From NCBI GenBank assembly GCA_051453625.1, contig JBOZIK010000001.1, forward strand, positions 33,410,776-33,448,863: DNA of 38,088 nt, given 5' to 3'. The position numbers and the translations under genes were made by a program. Below, piece by piece: positions 37,048-38,088 of the stretch. Position 1 is the stretch's first letter. Each line of letters opens with the position of its first letter. The stretch is from Welwitschia mirabilis (taxonomy: Eukaryota). The notes below the pieces were generated by a model. That model did no database searches. It saw nothing but the letters and a program-made list of their open reading frames with translations, and was not told where the DNA came from.

Positions 37048-38088
37048 TGATGTAACTCATATGCTTGGAAGATACCAGAAATATTCCAAGGGGAAAGGGA
37101 ACTTGAACTCCAATACAAACATGGTGATTTGGCAAGATTCTAATTTAGAACTTGCCTAGGGACCACAACAGTTAATGTTGTTTTATTACTTTGAGTTCTA
37201 GGGTGAGGTATTTTTGTTTGCTTAGTGGTGAAGTAACTTTGGAAGAGTGTGGCAACTGCCTAGCTGTAATCTACTTAGCTTACAGCCATTGGTCAACTGT
37301 AATCTTAAATTTTACAGATGTACTCCTATTTTACAGCCAATAAATAGCTGTAATCCTCTTAGCATACAGCTGTGTGTGTGCTATTCTAGTTGTTGACTAG
37401 TTGTCTATAGGTTGTCTATATGTTTGACCAATTGACTGGGGTCTATATAATATCTTGTAATTATTTTATTTTTAGTAGTGAATGAATGAATCAGACTTTC
37501 AGCTTATAGCTTTGTTTTGAGGGTGTGATTGCCTTCTATCCTAGTGAGTGATTCCTAGGTTTAATCTTTCTACTTCCTATCTGTTGTCCTCTTTTGCTGT
37601 CTTCTACACTCTGCCCCTGTAGAATACTTCAACTTTTCTCTTATTGTTCTCCCAACCTCAATCCTTAACTAGACTGCTTCCTTATAGGCCTTAAATAATT
37701 TTCAAACCCCTATTAACCTGAATCATTTGGAAATAGTATTGTTTACGATCAATACTACATCAGACTCAGTATCAGAGCCAAGTAGCACTATGTCTACGAG
37801 CATAGGAAGGCCTTTCCTGCGAAGACAAATAGACCGTGGGAGGTATGAAGCATTGATAATGATTTTGCAAGAGCTAGATGGCTTTACGCTTCAGTTGGGA
37901 GACCTGCAGACTCGTGTCCAAAACCTTGAGTCAGAGAATGTACAACCAGCAAATGCTAGTAACAATGATGAATTTTCTACAATTCATGAAAGGAAGTGGC
38001 AGTTGTTGGACAAGTTGACCACTAGGTAGAGCAACCTCCTAATCATGCTCCAAGAAGGGAAAGAAGAGGTATTACTTTGTTAAATCCT
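37048..38088 (+). mobile_element. CRM-like chromoviral Ty3/gypsy element F: 5' LTR (37048-37762), PBS and start of gag
   Basis: LTR termini TGATGTA...TACATCA (perfect 7-bp inverted repeat); PBS cagtatcagagcc (37767-37779); ATG at 37790 (MSTSIGRPF...), interrupted by TAG at 38027. Confidence 0.75.

Larger units (their letters stand above)
27010..38088 (-). other. Large TE-filled FKGP intron (continues beyond the window)
   Basis: The exon at 27009 starts mid-protein after an AG acceptor. No upstream FKGP exon is recognisable by eye through to the window end; the region is mostly retroelement sequence. Confidence 0.7.

Overview
AT-rich, CpG-depleted eukaryotic DNA from a large land-plant genome (probably a non-angiosperm vascular plant such as a gymnosperm or fern; this is inference), with three N gaps. 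The only intact host gene is the 3' half of a bifunctional L-fucokinase/GDP-L-fucose pyrophosphorylase (FKGP) on the minus strand: three in-phase exons at 27009-25999, 25880-25141 and 24501-24115. Its next upstream intron is >11 kb and holds a decayed Ty1/copia element that lacks its integrase core. That element carries two nested, TSD-flanked insertions, and the intron also contains the 5' end of a CRM-like chromovirus. Positions 1-23 kb are a graveyard of nested Athila-type Ty3/gypsy elements, a SIRE-like LTR, a non-L1-looking LINE, and Tat-like and copia fragments. I see no convincing novel biological system. The notable points are the TE nesting, LTR repeat architecture, an unusual LINE, a possible tandem splice acceptor and a likely scaffolding artefact.
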